A stretch of DNA of 64,000 nt from Escherichia coli (GCA_902500005.1 GCA_902500005.1_3678.1), one strand, 5' to 3'; counted from the first letter of the stretch, positions 49,634-58,574 are shown. The notes: generated from the letters alone by a model not told the origin. Translations and numbers: made by a program.

Positions 49634-49987
49634 GATGAGTACCAACTTCAAGTCCCTGACACGCCTAAGTATAAGACTGTGTACACCTTCGACACAATTG
49701 AAGAACTGGAAGCATTTAAGGCAGAGCAGGAAGCCAAACTTCATGTGTTCGACGGTCATAAGTACAAAAAGGCACGCAAGGATGAGGACGGAAACGAAGT
49801 GGTTGACAGAGACGGAAACACGGTGTACGATCCTATCCTGAACGATGACGGAAAGCTTGAACTTATCTGGAGCCCTGTGGGTGAAATGGTGGTGCATTGC
49901 TTCTGGCAAGCTTCTAAAATGATGGGAGTCCCGTTCCAGATCACAGGTGAATACTTGTGTGGTCGTAACTGGGGTGATTGTCACTAA
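49634..49987 (+). CDS. DNA polymerase, family A, exon 2 (117 codons; motif C to C-terminus)
   Basis: Begins DEYQLQV (HDE motif completed by exon-1 His); ends …GRNWGDCH, matching T7 DNAP C-terminus …GPNWAICH (from memory). Confidence 0.75.
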   Translation, partial: DEYQLQVPDTPKYKTVYTFDTIEELEAFKAEQEAKLHVFDGHKYKKARKDEDGNEVVDRDGNTVYDPILNDDGKLELIWSPVGEMVVHCFWQASKMMGVPFQITGEYLCGRNWGDCH

Positions 49988-50036
49988 TGTAAACTATCAG
50001 CACAGGGAGGTGCTGTTGAGCAAAGAGGAGACTTTT

Positions 50037-50321
50037 ATGGTAGTAGAGCCAACAAAAACATTTACATCCATGACCATTCCTGTTATTATGCAGGTGGAGT
50101 GTGTTCAGGTATCTCAAGTGTGGCCTGGCACCAAAATCCCAACAGGGCCTGATTTCTTTCAGGTTGGGAAAGTGTACAATGTCTGGAAGGCACCAGATTG
50201 TTACCCTTTCATTAAAGATGACCGTGGGATGCTGTGGTATCTTGGAAATGACTTGACACTGCACCTTGGGAATGCTATTATTGCAGTATTCAGACTTAAC
50301 AAGAAGGAGACCGATCAATGA
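50037..50321 (+). CDS. hypothetical protein (94 aa)
   Basis: ATG 6 nt after GAGGAG; track start 49947 is GTG inside polymerase exon 2. Confidence 0.35.
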   Translation: MVVEPTKTFTSMTIPVIMQVECVQVSQVWPGTKIPTGPDFFQVGKVYNVWKAPDCYPFIKDDRGMLWYLGNDLTLHLGNAIIAVFRLNKKETDQ

Positions 50322-50545
50322 CGACTTTGGTTAAAGCTACCTTTGTAGAAGAAAAGATGACAGACCTGTCATTCTTTAAAGAAGGAAAGACCTACGAGGT
50401 TTATTACGATAAAGCTCGTGCAAACAAAATGATTAAAGACGAGGAAGGGGTTGCCTGGTATATCTCTCACCTGGCAAACGGTGAGTATCATATCTACGGA
50501 ACCACTTTGCTTGCCAAGTTTGTAGTTGTTGAAGAGGACCTATGA
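50318..50545 (+). CDS. hypothetical protein (75 aa)
   Basis: ATG after AAGGAG, overlapping upstream stop. Confidence 0.4.
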   Translation: MTTLVKATFVEEKMTDLSFFKEGKTYEVYYDKARANKMIKDEEGVAWYISHLANGEYHIYGTTLLAKFVVVEEDL

Positions 50546-50736
50546 AAGTAAAGTATCTTGCTGAAGGTATGAATAGGTATTTTACCCTTGGGGAAGAATA
50601 TTGGCCCTTTACAAGCAACGGCGATGTCTACGTGAAAGATAATTTCGGCACGCCGTGGTTTCTGCACTCTAATGGGCTGGGATACTCCATTTACTGTGGT
50701 GCAGTGAACAACACAACCCTTGCAGAGTTCGTTTAG
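50542..50736 (+). CDS. hypothetical protein (64 aa)
   Basis: ATG overlapping upstream stop. Confidence 0.4.
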   Translation: MKVKYLAEGMNRYFTLGEEYWPFTSNGDVYVKDNFGTPWFLHSNGLGYSIYCGAVNNTTLAEFV

Positions 50737-50746
50737 AGGAGGTAGG

Positions 50747-51118
50747 ATGTTAGTAAAAGGTACCCACACAGTCAAACAACGTATTGAAGTTGAGATTGAT
50801 GATTGTGAGCTGAAGCATATTTTACGGTCATGCTCCAACGTTTTGCTCCTTAGTATTCTTCAGGAGCGAGCGGAGAATGAGTTCTTAAATGCATTGGCAG
50901 GCCGTCCCGGTGACTTCTGTGTGCGTAAGCGTGGTGACAACAAGTCATGGTTGTGGGAAATCGATGCCGACTGGGATTACCACAAAAATGAGGGTATAGA
51001 TGAGCCTATTCGTGAACTGACTGAAAACGAAGTTCAGATGTACGAAGATGTTTGCCAGTGGGCAAAAAGTCAACAAACCTACCTTGATCCTTGGTGGATG
51101 ATTGAAAATAGTCGTTGA
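50747..51118 (+). CDS. hypothetical protein (123 aa)
   Basis: ATG after AGAGGAGG (track start 50720 is TTG). Confidence 0.4.
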   Translation: MLVKGTHTVKQRIEVEIDDCELKHILRSCSNVLLLSILQERAENEFLNALAGRPGDFCVRKRGDNKSWLWEIDADWDYHKNEGIDEPIRELTENEVQMYEDVCQWAKSQQTYLDPWWMIENSR

Positions 51119-51143
51119 CAAGAAGTAAGGTTAGATGTAAGAT
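51115..51143 (+). promoter_or_regulatory. sigma70-like promoter
   Basis: TTGACA-17 nt-TAAGAT upstream of 51195 gene. Confidence 0.5.
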
Positions 51144-51194
51144 ACTCCTCACAAACAGAGTATTGATTGTTAAATAATTAAGGAGACCTCTAAG

Positions 51195-51449
51195 ATGAAA
51201 ATCATGTTGAAACCAGAATGCGTTGCAAACGACCGAGCTTTTAAAGATTGCACACTTGGCGCTACTTATGAAGCAGAGTTTTGTGAGAACCCTTTGGTAA
51301 AAGCCCTTTTGGAAGAAGGGGCCCCTCTATCACAAGAAGAGCTTGATGAGCTGGAAAACTCAGCACAGTGCCTTACCTTTAAAGATGATGAAGGAGACTC
51401 TGTCTGGTGCACTGTTAACGAAGTAGTTTTTGTAAAAACTGAACATTAA
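51195..51449 (+). CDS. hypothetical protein (84 aa)
   Basis: ATG after AAGGAGACC. Confidence 0.45.
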   Translation: MKIMLKPECVANDRAFKDCTLGATYEAEFCENPLVKALLEEGAPLSQEELDELENSAQCLTFKDDEGDSVWCTVNEVVFVKTEH

Positions 51450-51452
51450 TAC

Positions 51453-51481
51453 TTGACAACAGCGATAGGACCTAATACAAT
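51453..51481 (+). promoter_or_regulatory. sigma70-like promoter
   Basis: TTGACA-17 nt-TACAAT. Confidence 0.5.
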
Positions 51482-51512
51482 GGTCCTATCAAAACGAAAG
51501 GGGACCACAGCA

Positions 51513-51773
51513 ATGACCAAACAATATCAACGAATTAAAGCCAAGGTTAAGCCAGACTATCTAGAGAAGGACTCTGCTTTTCGGGACTGCACAGCCGACA
51601 AAGTTTACACAGGGGCTGTCCTGTTGAACGATAAACTTGAAGTAGATGTGCTGGGTAAAGAGGCCGTTATCGAGGATGACAACGGTGACTGTGTTTTCTG
51701 CACCACACGAGAGCTAGAAGTCTTAGAATATTTCGGTGAAATCTTCAACTCCTTAGACGACGAGGAAGCGTGA
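51513..51773 (+). CDS. hypothetical protein (86 aa)
   Basis: ATG downstream of promoter; track start 51453 is TTG inside the -35 element. Confidence 0.4.
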   Translation: MTKQYQRIKAKVKPDYLEKDSAFRDCTADKVYTGAVLLNDKLEVDVLGKEAVIEDDNGDCVFCTTRELEVLEYFGEIFNSLDDEEA

Positions 51774-52162
51774 TGAAAAATATTTGGGATATCGATATCT
51801 TTGAAGCCTCTAAGCTTGACGGTGCTGATGGAGTGATTATGGTGTCTGATGGCAAGGCAACACTAACTTCCGGAGATATCATCTATGCCTTGGACGAGCT
51901 GGCGCTTCTGAAATCTACCGGTAACACTTTGGAGGAGCGTCTTCAAGGATTCGCTTTCAAAGAAGGTACAAATACAGCCATGATGTGCACCACACGGACA
52001 GTTCAGGTTGGTAACGGTGTCTATATGATTATTGCTGTGTGTCCTAAATTCAGCAACGTCAACAAAGATGATGCTGACGCGGTCAACGATGTGGTTGTTC
52101 TCTTCGTGGGTGACGCTATGGCAGATCTGATGAATGCAGGAGAAGCAGCAAATGAAGACTGA
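51770..52162 (+). CDS. hypothetical protein (130 aa)
   Basis: ATG overlapping upstream stop (GTGATGA). Confidence 0.45.
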   Translation: MMKNIWDIDIFEASKLDGADGVIMVSDGKATLTSGDIIYALDELALLKSTGNTLEERLQGFAFKEGTNTAMMCTTRTVQVGNGVYMIIAVCPKFSNVNKDDADAVNDVVVLFVGDAMADLMNAGEAANED

Positions 52163-52454
52163 AAACATCACCCCAGCAGGGTTCTTAAAAGTATACCGTG
52201 AACTGCTATATACTACAGAGGACAGTGTTCTAGAGTATCCAGAATATCTTTTGCTGTATAAGTATCTGCAGGAGGCTGGTGAAAATCTGCCAGTTAGTGC
52301 AGAAGGTGGTCCAAACTGGATATACAGCGCATGGAGAAAGGTTGACATTCTCCCAGACCCAGGTAAAGATATGGTAGTTTGGCAGCTTATCAACAACATC
52401 GGGATTCCAATCTTTGATGAAGCTGTTAAAATCTATTTTGAACTTGACGATTAA
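52152..52454 (+). CDS. hypothetical protein (100 aa)
   Basis: ATG after AGGAG; overlaps upstream gene by 11 nt. Confidence 0.4.
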   Translation: MKTENITPAGFLKVYRELLYTTEDSVLEYPEYLLLYKYLQEAGENLPVSAEGGPNWIYSAWRKVDILPDPGKDMVVWQLINNIGIPIFDEAVKIYFELDD

Positions 52455-52471
52455 TATCAGGAGACCTTAAG

Positions 52472-52717
52472 ATGACTGAAGCAGTTGCTCGCGCAGGACA
52501 GAAAGTACGTTGTGTTGAAGTAGGTTTTGGTGGCAAAGGGTGTCAAAACTTGACTCAAGGCAAGGAATATGCTGTTATCTCTGGGGGTGGCGACGAAAGT
52601 ATTGTGTTCGAGGGCCACATCCTGGATGCTGAAAACTTTGAAATCTTTGACGACGATGGGGATCCGATCACCTGCCTGCTGGACGGGAATTGGGGAACTT
52701 TCGAAGTGATTGGCTAA
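52472..52717 (+). CDS. hypothetical protein (81 aa)
   Basis: ATG after CAGGAGACC. Confidence 0.45.
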   Translation: MTEAVARAGQKVRCVEVGFGGKGCQNLTQGKEYAVISGGGDESIVFEGHILDAENFEIFDDDGDPITCLLDGNWGTFEVIG

Positions 52718-52800
52718 CAAATACCTATTGTAATTTACAGAAGGGGATGCTAAAATAGTGTCTCCTTCTATGTTGTTCAAATAAAATCGGAGATTCCATA

Positions 52801-53166
52801 ATGGAACAAATGAACGATCAAGCGTCGGTTGCGATGAACGAGCAAGAACAACCTCAAGAATTTTTCTTAGGGTTAAGTAAAGATCAAGTGTCTCTTCTGC
52901 TAGTGCTTTCTTCTTTCATGGGAAGACTTCAGGAGCTTACACAACAGCCAGAGGCTGAACAATTATTCCAGGCTCTGCGTGAAGAAGAAAAATATCGTCG
53001 TTTGGACTATGCCTTAGGTTGGGTAGCTCAACAACGAGATATGCTGATGGCCCTCTCTGGGACCACAAGTTTTGCAATGGGCCTGTTGGCTCAAGTTCAG
53101 GACAAATTAATTCAAGCAGGGTTTGCACACACGGCAAACACTAACGAAGAACAAGGAGATAAATAA
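52801..53166 (+). CDS. hypothetical protein (121 aa)
   Basis: ATG after GGAG. Confidence 0.45.
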   Translation: MEQMNDQASVAMNEQEQPQEFFLGLSKDQVSLLLVLSSFMGRLQELTQQPEAEQLFQALREEEKYRRLDYALGWVAQQRDMLMALSGTTSFAMGLLAQVQDKLIQAGFAHTANTNEEQGDK

Positions 53167-54437
53167 TGAGCGTTATTCAACAATTCGCTAACCCGATGAA
53201 TCCGCGTGAAACTGTTTTACTAGCTCACGGCATGATTAAACGTGTCAGCATCAAGCCTATCAAAGGTGCTGATCCTACAACAGGTATTAAAACCACTGTG
53301 TGGCAAGGTAAGAAAATTGAATCCAGCCACACCATCTCTTTACTGATTTCTGAACTGGATTCCTCTGATAACCTACTTCAAGGTGGTGAAGAAGTTTGGA
53401 TCAGTATGGGCGATAAGCTGCTTAAACCGGGTCATCAAGACTCTGTCTCTGTTAAAATTGATGACAAGTGGGAAACCGTAACGCCAGGATGGATCGTAAA
53501 TATCCCTTTGAAGGCAAACGAGCATAACGGTAAGACCTACTACAAAGGCTCACTGGCTAAGATGGTTAAGCTGGGTGCAGGAGAGGCTCCAGCAGCGACT
53601 CAGCAGCAAAAACAGCAACAAGGTGCACAATCACAAGGCCAGAAGCAGAAACCTCAGCAGAATGCCAATCAGGACGTTTTACGCATCTATGGTGATGTGA
53701 CTCAGATTGTTGGCAACGTGGTTACTGTTAATGACCACAAGATTGGTGAAGGTGCTATGGTTGTAACTGATGAGCAGCTTAAAGACCTGGTGGTAGGTGG
53801 TCGTGTTGCAGCCATTGTTGACAAAGACACCGGAAACATTATCAGTGGTTTCAAAGCCTATCCTCCTAAGGCAGAGAACGGTACTCAAGGCTCCGGTGGC
53901 AAGCGTAAATCCTCTTACGACCCTATCGGTGTGGAAACGGGGCATAGCATCAATGCGTTGCAGATCATCCTGGATCGCGGGTTTAAGGTAGACGACCCAC
54001 TGGGCGTGGCTAAAACACTGCACGTAGTCACCATTGAGCTTAAGAAAGAGTATGCTCAAGCCACCAACCGAACTGAAGATGAAGTAGGTGCCAGTGTCGG
54101 TAATGCGGTGTTGAACGCTTGTCGCCGTATTGACAAGAAAACGAAAGTTGATGATTTTGCAGTGGCAATTACTGCAGAAGCAAAAGATGTCTTGACTAAT
54201 CTAGCTGAGCCGTTGTACGATTGGATCAAGAACGGTGCTGAGTCCACTGACCATCAAGAACCTCAGGCTGCCAAACAGGAAGCAGCTCCACAGCAAAACA
54301 CTGTAGACGCTCCTCCTGTAAATGATGCGGAAGATGACCCAATGGATCAGAATCCAGCACAGTATGACTTCTGTGATGACATACCTTTCGCTCCGGTGGG
54401 TTTGCAATATGGCAAAAGTAGAATCCACGCATTGTAA
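53166..54437 (+). CDS. putative single-stranded DNA-binding protein (SSB-like acidic tail)
   Basis: Gln-rich low-complexity linker; …DFCDDIPF near C-terminus resembles the bacterial SSB tail DDDIPF but is followed by 15 extra residues. Confidence 0.4.
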   Translation: MSVIQQFANPMNPRETVLLAHGMIKRVSIKPIKGADPTTGIKTTVWQGKKIESSHTISLLISELDSSDNLLQGGEEVWISMGDKLLKPGHQDSVSVKIDDKWETVTPGWIVNIPLKANEHNGKTYYKGSLAKMVKLGAGEAPAATQQQKQQQGAQSQGQKQKPQQNANQDVLRIYGDVTQIVGNVVTVNDHKIGEGAMVVTDEQLKDLVVGGRVAAIVDKDTGNIISGFKAYPPKAENGTQGSGGKRKSSYDPIGVETGHSINALQIILDRGFKVDDPLGVAKTLHVVTIELKKEYAQATNRTEDEVGASVGNAVLNACRRIDKKTKVDDFAVAITAEAKDVLTNLAEPLYDWIKNGAESTDHQEPQAAKQEAAPQQNTVDAPPVNDAEDDPMDQNPAQYDFCDDIPFAPVGLQYGKSRIHAL

Positions 54438-55032
54438 GAGGTGCATCAAGTGCGGAGAGGTGAAAAACCTCTCCGAGTTCTACAAACACCCAAAGATGTC
54501 TGACGGTCATCTTAATAAGTGCAAAGAGTGTTGTAAGAAGGCCAGCAGGGAGGCTGACCAATTTTCCCACGACTCTTCAGAAAAAGGTGTGATCCGCGTG
54601 TTGTACAAGACTCAAAAGTGCAACAGTAAGAAGAGAGGTCACCCGCCTCCGACTTACACCAAAAAGGAGTTTAAGGAGTGGCTATACCTGAACGGTTACA
54701 AAGAGTTGTATGATCAGTGGGTAGCCAGCGGATACGACAAAAGGAAAAAGCCTTCTTGTGATAGGATAGATGATTTCAAAGGGTACTCTTTTGATAATAT
54801 CCGTTTAACGACCTGGGGAGAAAATAAAGACAAGCAGACGGAGGATATTCTGTTGCATAGAAGCACCAGCGGTAGACGGTGTAAAAATGTAAGGAGGCTG
54901 GACATGAATGGTAACGTTCTTAAAGAATGGGTATCCCACAATTCTTGTAGAAGAGAAACCGGAATATGTGTTGATTACTACATTCATGAAAAAATTCCAG
55001 CTCCCGATGGATACCTCTATGAATACTTTTAG
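54409..55032 (+). CDS. zinc-ribbon nuclease-like protein (possible HNH/EndoVII-type homing endonuclease)
   Basis: CKRCIKCG…H…DGH…CKECC zinc-binding cluster; C-terminal …[14 protein letters not shown]-like tail; ATG 54409 overlaps SSB-like gene 3' end. Confidence 0.35.
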   Translation: MAKVESTHCKRCIKCGEVKNLSEFYKHPKMSDGHLNKCKECCKKASREADQFSHDSSEKGVIRVLYKTQKCNSKKRGHPPPTYTKKEFKEWLYLNGYKELYDQWVASGYDKRKKPSCDRIDDFKGYSFDNIRLTTWGENKDKQTEDILLHRSTSGRRCKNVRRLDMNGNVLKEWVSHNSCRRETGICVDYYIHEKIPAPDGYLYEYF

Positions 55033-55047
55033 CACCTAACTGACATA

Positions 55048-55076
55048 GCCCTGCCCGAAAGGGTGGGGCATTTTTG
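55048..55076 (+). terminator. rho-independent terminator, copy 2 of identical hairpin
   Basis: gccctgcccgaaagggtggggc + atttttg. Confidence 0.55.
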
Positions 55077-55094
55077 TATAAGGAGATCTGAAAA

Positions 55095-55511
55095 ATGACA
55101 TTAGAAGATATCATTGTTAAACCTGAGAACTATGACCAATACAACCTGTCAACTCAATCTGTAGACCTCGGATGCGCCACAGTCAGTGCATGGCTGGTTA
55201 ACGGAAAAGAGCTTGACGAGTGCCTGGAAGCACACATGTCGGTGAATAAATTTCTTGATGAAAATACCCACTGGCTAGAGGGTGCAGGAGTATATGCTTC
55301 ATGGTTGGAGAGTATGGGATTCGACTACCAATCTGAAGAGGGGTGGTGGAGCTATCTGGCTATCTGTCCAGAAACACTACAATGCTTCATGAAATACTCT
55401 GAAGATCTTGAGTACCGGGCGGTGGTTGATAGTGCTATTGCCCGTTATAGCCGTAAACCTTTTTCCCACGACATTAAAACTGTGGAAGAGTTTGTTGAAG
55501 TTTTCTGTTGA
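55095..55511 (+). CDS. hypothetical protein (138 aa)
   Basis: ATG after AAGGAG. Confidence 0.45.
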   Translation: MTLEDIIVKPENYDQYNLSTQSVDLGCATVSAWLVNGKELDECLEAHMSVNKFLDENTHWLEGAGVYASWLESMGFDYQSEEGWWSYLAICPETLQCFMKYSEDLEYRAVVDSAIARYSRKPFSHDIKTVEEFVEVFC

Positions 55512-55537
55512 CACAGGTTGAAAGGTGTGCAATTATA
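55508..55537 (+). promoter_or_regulatory. sigma70-like promoter
   Basis: TTGACA-17/18 nt-AATTAT/ATTATA. Confidence 0.4.
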
Positions 55538-55607
55538 ACTTCATATGACTGGAGGACGTGATGAACGAAGAAAACTGGGATGTATAACTAACAGGAGGCC
55601 ACTGCCC

Positions 55608-55805
55608 ATGATTTATCGAATCCGTGTAAGAGAAGATGCACCAGGCTGTTACTTTGACTGGCGTGGGTGGTGGTTTCTCCACCCAATGGATGGACTCACA
55701 GATAGAATGCTGGATGCTGCCCTTTATACAGATACCGACATAGAGTATAATCTCTATCTGAAGGACGGTATAGATAACGGCCTGTTTGAAGCAATTCCTG
55801 TGTAA
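55608..55805 (+). CDS. hypothetical protein (65 aa)
   Basis: ATG 9 nt after AGGAGG; the track's upstream ATG lies at the predicted transcript start. Confidence 0.35.
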   Translation: MIYRIRVREDAPGCYFDWRGWWFLHPMDGLTDRMLDAALYTDTDIEYNLYLKDGIDNGLFEAIPV

Positions 55806-55873
55806 GAGACTGTGATAGCTATGTTTTATGATCTTCCTGTAGCACCACCACCTGTTGAACCCGGAGAACTAAG

Positions 55874-56299
55874 ATGATCTATGAAATGCCAAAACTGATT
55901 CGTGACGATGCCCAAAACGCTCACACCATTATTATGGGCAAACGCATGGATATTATTTGTCATAAAGATTTCTGGGAAGGAAGTTACTTCACAGAGTATT
56001 TTGGTAAACTGGACAATGGTCTGCTGATCCAGTTCTACACCGATGCGGAAAACAACATTCACTGGGAGTTCGAAACTGAAGATATCCATAAACTTTTCAC
56101 CTTCCTCGGTATTAAGGTTGAGGCCAAGTTTGAAGAAGGTGAGTGCGACGATTGTGGATTCTATGAGGTAACAGATTTCTATCTCCCGAGTGGTGAGAAC
56201 CTTTACTATGAAAGCCACTTCGGTAACTCCAATATGCCACAGTGCTGGACTGAGTTTTTTGAAATTGCGGAAGAGGAGCTGGCATACCGTGATTATTGA
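55874..56299 (+). CDS. hypothetical protein (141 aa)
   Basis: ATG after GGAG. Confidence 0.45.
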   Translation: MIYEMPKLIRDDAQNAHTIIMGKRMDIICHKDFWEGSYFTEYFGKLDNGLLIQFYTDAENNIHWEFETEDIHKLFTFLGIKVEAKFEEGECDDCGFYEVTDFYLPSGENLYYESHFGNSNMPQCWTEFFEIAEEELAYRDY

Positions 56300-56747
56300 T
56301 ACTGTAGAGGGAGATTTAATCTCCCTTTTTAAGAGCGGTGCTGGTCACCTGATCCACGGTTGTAACTGCTTTCACACAATGGGTGCAGGTATAGCGAAAG
56401 ATATTGCCCGTGAGTTCCCTCAAGCACTGGCAGCCGACAAAGAGACTGCTTATGGTAATCTAGACAAGCTGGGTATGTTTTCTTGTTGGGAGCATTTTGC
56501 CAAGAACAGGGTCGTATATGGAATCAACCTGTATACCCAGTTCTACCCAGGGCCCAATGCTGAATACTTCTCAATCATGAAAGGTTTTGAGCGAGTCAAC
56601 GAGGTATTCAAAGGTGTGTCATTGCCGTTCTACATTCCTAAAATCGGATGCGGTATTGGCGGTCTAAAGTGGGAACATGTGGAAGATGTAATTAATCTTG
56701 CAACCACAGATATTGATGTGGTTGTAGTAGAGTACAAAAAGTGTTGA
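56289..56747 (+). CDS. macro-domain protein (ADP-ribose binding/processing)
   Basis: …HLIHGCNCFHTMGAGIAKDIAREFP… and …IGCGIGGL… resemble macro-domain signature motifs; GTG start overlapping upstream stop (track ATG at 56190 lies inside upstream gene). Confidence 0.6.
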   Translation: MIIDTVEGDLISLFKSGAGHLIHGCNCFHTMGAGIAKDIAREFPQALAADKETAYGNLDKLGMFSCWEHFAKNRVVYGINLYTQFYPGPNAEYFSIMKGFERVNEVFKGVSLPFYIPKIGCGIGGLKWEHVEDVINLATTDIDVVVVEYKKC

Positions 56748-56772
56748 CGACCATCTTCTGAGGTGATATAGT
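56744..56772 (+). promoter_or_regulatory. sigma70-like promoter
   Basis: TTGACG-17 nt-TATAGT. Confidence 0.5.
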
Positions 56773-56801
56773 TTCCACAACAACTAAGAGAGGAGAGCAC
56801 T

Positions 56802-57002
56802 GTGGAGACTAAAATCTTAATTCTTGCTGTGGTAGATACAACCGAAGGAGCTATATTCGAATCTGCAGGAGGGTATTTCTACCTACCATACGGAAAAAGA
56901 ACTTCCGAGCCAAGTAAAGATTCAATCCTCAAAGTGTTCCCGTGTGCTTTCTGGCTGGAGATTCTGGTAGAAGATTGCAGAGGATTAGGGAGAAAATTAT
57001 GA
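56802..57002 (+). CDS. hypothetical protein (66 aa)
   Basis: GTG after AGAGGAGAG. Confidence 0.35.
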   Translation: METKILILAVVDTTEGAIFESAGGYFYLPYGKRTSEPSKDSILKVFPCAFWLEILVEDCRGLGRKL

Positions 57003-57193
57003 GAAACAAGAAAGAACTTTACTCCGGTGAGTGGATCAACGATCAACAGGTGGGAGAGGTAACCTGCTTCCGATGTTTTACCAGGTACAATCTTAAAACT
57101 GCACCAAAAAGTGTTCCAAAGACTGACGGTTATTACATAAAAGAACCTCATTGCCCAAAATGTAAATGCCGATTGTACTGGAGCAATCTATAA
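56999..57193 (+). CDS. zinc-ribbon protein (64 aa)
   Basis: ATG after AGGGAG; CFRC…CPKCKC cysteine pairs. Confidence 0.4.
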   Translation: MRNKKELYSGEWINDQQVGEVTCFRCFTRYNLKTAPKSVPKTDGYYIKEPHCPKCKCRLYWSNL

Positions 57194-57197
57194 GAGG

Positions 57198-57225
57198 TTG
57201 ACATCTGAAAACTGCAGTGTATAGT
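57198..57225 (+). promoter_or_regulatory. sigma70-like promoter
   Basis: TTGACA-16 nt-TATAGT. Confidence 0.5.
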
Positions 57226-57256
57226 ATACGCATAAACTAACAGAGAGCGATGTATT

Positions 57257-57448
57257 ATGGTAATTTTTAACCGGGATGGTATCATAGTTAGACAGCACCC
57301 GTTCCTTGAATACTATCAAATTGAGCAATGGTGCTACGGGGATTGCAGTCACTCCTATGGGCAAAGTTGGGGATATCGTACAGTTTTTGAATCCACAGAC
57401 CTTGACAAAGTAAAACAGAAAGTTTTAGAACTTCTTAACAACAAGTGA
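57257..57448 (+). CDS. hypothetical protein (63 aa)
   Basis: ATG start downstream of promoter. Confidence 0.4.
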   Translation: MVIFNRDGIIVRQHPFLEYYQIEQWCYGDCSHSYGQSWGYRTVFESTDLDKVKQKVLELLNNK

Positions 57449-57458
57449 GTATCGTGCC

Positions 57459-57791
57459 ATGGTAACATTGGAAAGACGTAAAGCTATTGCCGCCACACTG
57501 GCAGACATCTTTTGGGATTGTAATTTAAAATCTACCCGAAATTGTGGTGCATCTGTAGATGTATTATTCCCACGGCCTACTATTGTTGCAATGGGCAACC
57601 TGCTCGATGTGGTATATGGAGCATGGGACAAGGAAGGTGGATTCTATATCTGGCAACCTGACTACGGGACTTGGAAAGAGGTTAGTGGTTCTTCGGACTT
57701 CACTCCTGCAGTGGCTAAAATGGATGGCTGGAAAATCTATGTCGGTAACGACATGGAACTGAAAGGCGAAATTGTTTACTGGTTACCTTAA
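57459..57791 (+). CDS. hypothetical protein (110 aa)
   Basis: ATG start. Confidence 0.45.
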   Translation: MVTLERRKAIAATLADIFWDCNLKSTRNCGASVDVLFPRPTIVAMGNLLDVVYGAWDKEGGFYIWQPDYGTWKEVSGSSDFTPAVAKMDGWKIYVGNDMELKGEIVYWLP

Positions 57792-57812
57792 GAAAGTCCA
57801 GGAGATAAAGTT

Positions 57813-58058
57813 ATGAACAAAGGGTGGACATTTGTAGACGGCGTTAAAAACATGCCTCTAGGAAAGTATATTGTAGCCATGGCAGATGAGAATGGCAAGG
57901 TTGATTTCGGAGTTTGCGAGGTTGTTCTTGCAGGATCTGGTGACTATGCTCACAAAACTGGGATAATTAACGGTCATTTCTACTTTGATTACAACCCTGT
58001 TGTGGCGTATATGGCTATGCCAGAGTTCGAGCTCCCAAAGGAAGGTGCAGATGTTTAA
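57813..58058 (+). CDS. hypothetical protein (81 aa)
   Basis: ATG after AGGAG. Confidence 0.4.
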   Translation: MNKGWTFVDGVKNMPLGKYIVAMADENGKVDFGVCEVVLAGSGDYAHKTGIINGHFYFDYNPVVAYMAMPEFELPKEGADV

Positions 58059-58248
58059 GCTTAAATCTGCATGGAACATCGCTGTGGGGGACGAGATCCG
58101 TATCCCAGGTGGAAAGACCATTATGAAAATATCTCGTATCGAGTACGAAGGTGATCGTGTATTTCATATCTTTGCAGAAGATGGTCGAGAAATTTATATA
58201 CAGGCAGGCTCTCACATCTATATTCGTAAGAAAGGGGAGGACAAATGA
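58051..58248 (+). CDS. hypothetical protein (65 aa)
   Basis: ATG after AAGGAAGG; overlaps upstream stop. Confidence 0.35.
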   Translation: MFKLKSAWNIAVGDEIRIPGGKTIMKISRIEYEGDRVFHIFAEDGREIYIQAGSHIYIRKKGEDK

Positions 58249-58574
58249 CAGAGATCATCATTTCAACTGCAGGGTATGTATTCCTGACAATCATTGCGCT
58301 GGCTATTCTGGTGGCGGTGTATGGATTTGTTATCCTTCCTATTCTTGAGACATTTAGTTTGTGTCGGTGTTGGAGAAAAGCTTACGGTCCACAACCATGG
58401 AAGGACTGGCCCCACCTGGTGCGCTTAGCGTTCTCTTATGCTTACGATCACTCCAGTAGTGCATGCATAACCGGATACCACGCCCACAACTGGAGCTGGG
58501 AAGGGTTGAGGAAATGGAATGTTACAAAGACCATACCTCTGCGCATGTACAAACCTAAAAACAAAGACAACTGA
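58245..58574 (+). CDS. small membrane protein (109 aa)
   Basis: ATG after AGGGGAGG; hydrophobic segment YVFLTIIALAILVAVYGFVILPIL. Confidence 0.4.
   Translation: MTEIIISTAGYVFLTIIALAILVAVYGFVILPILETFSLCRCWRKAYGPQPWKDWPHLVRLAFSYAYDHSSSACITGYHAHNWSWEGLRKWNVTKTIPLRMYKPKNKDN

Noticed and set aside
53166-55095. Second intron or intein around the SSB-like / zinc-ribbon nuclease genes
   Set aside because: No group I P/Q/R/S elements or intein block motifs were visible flanking 54409-55032; a free-standing endonuclease gene overlapping the SSB 3' end is the simpler reading.
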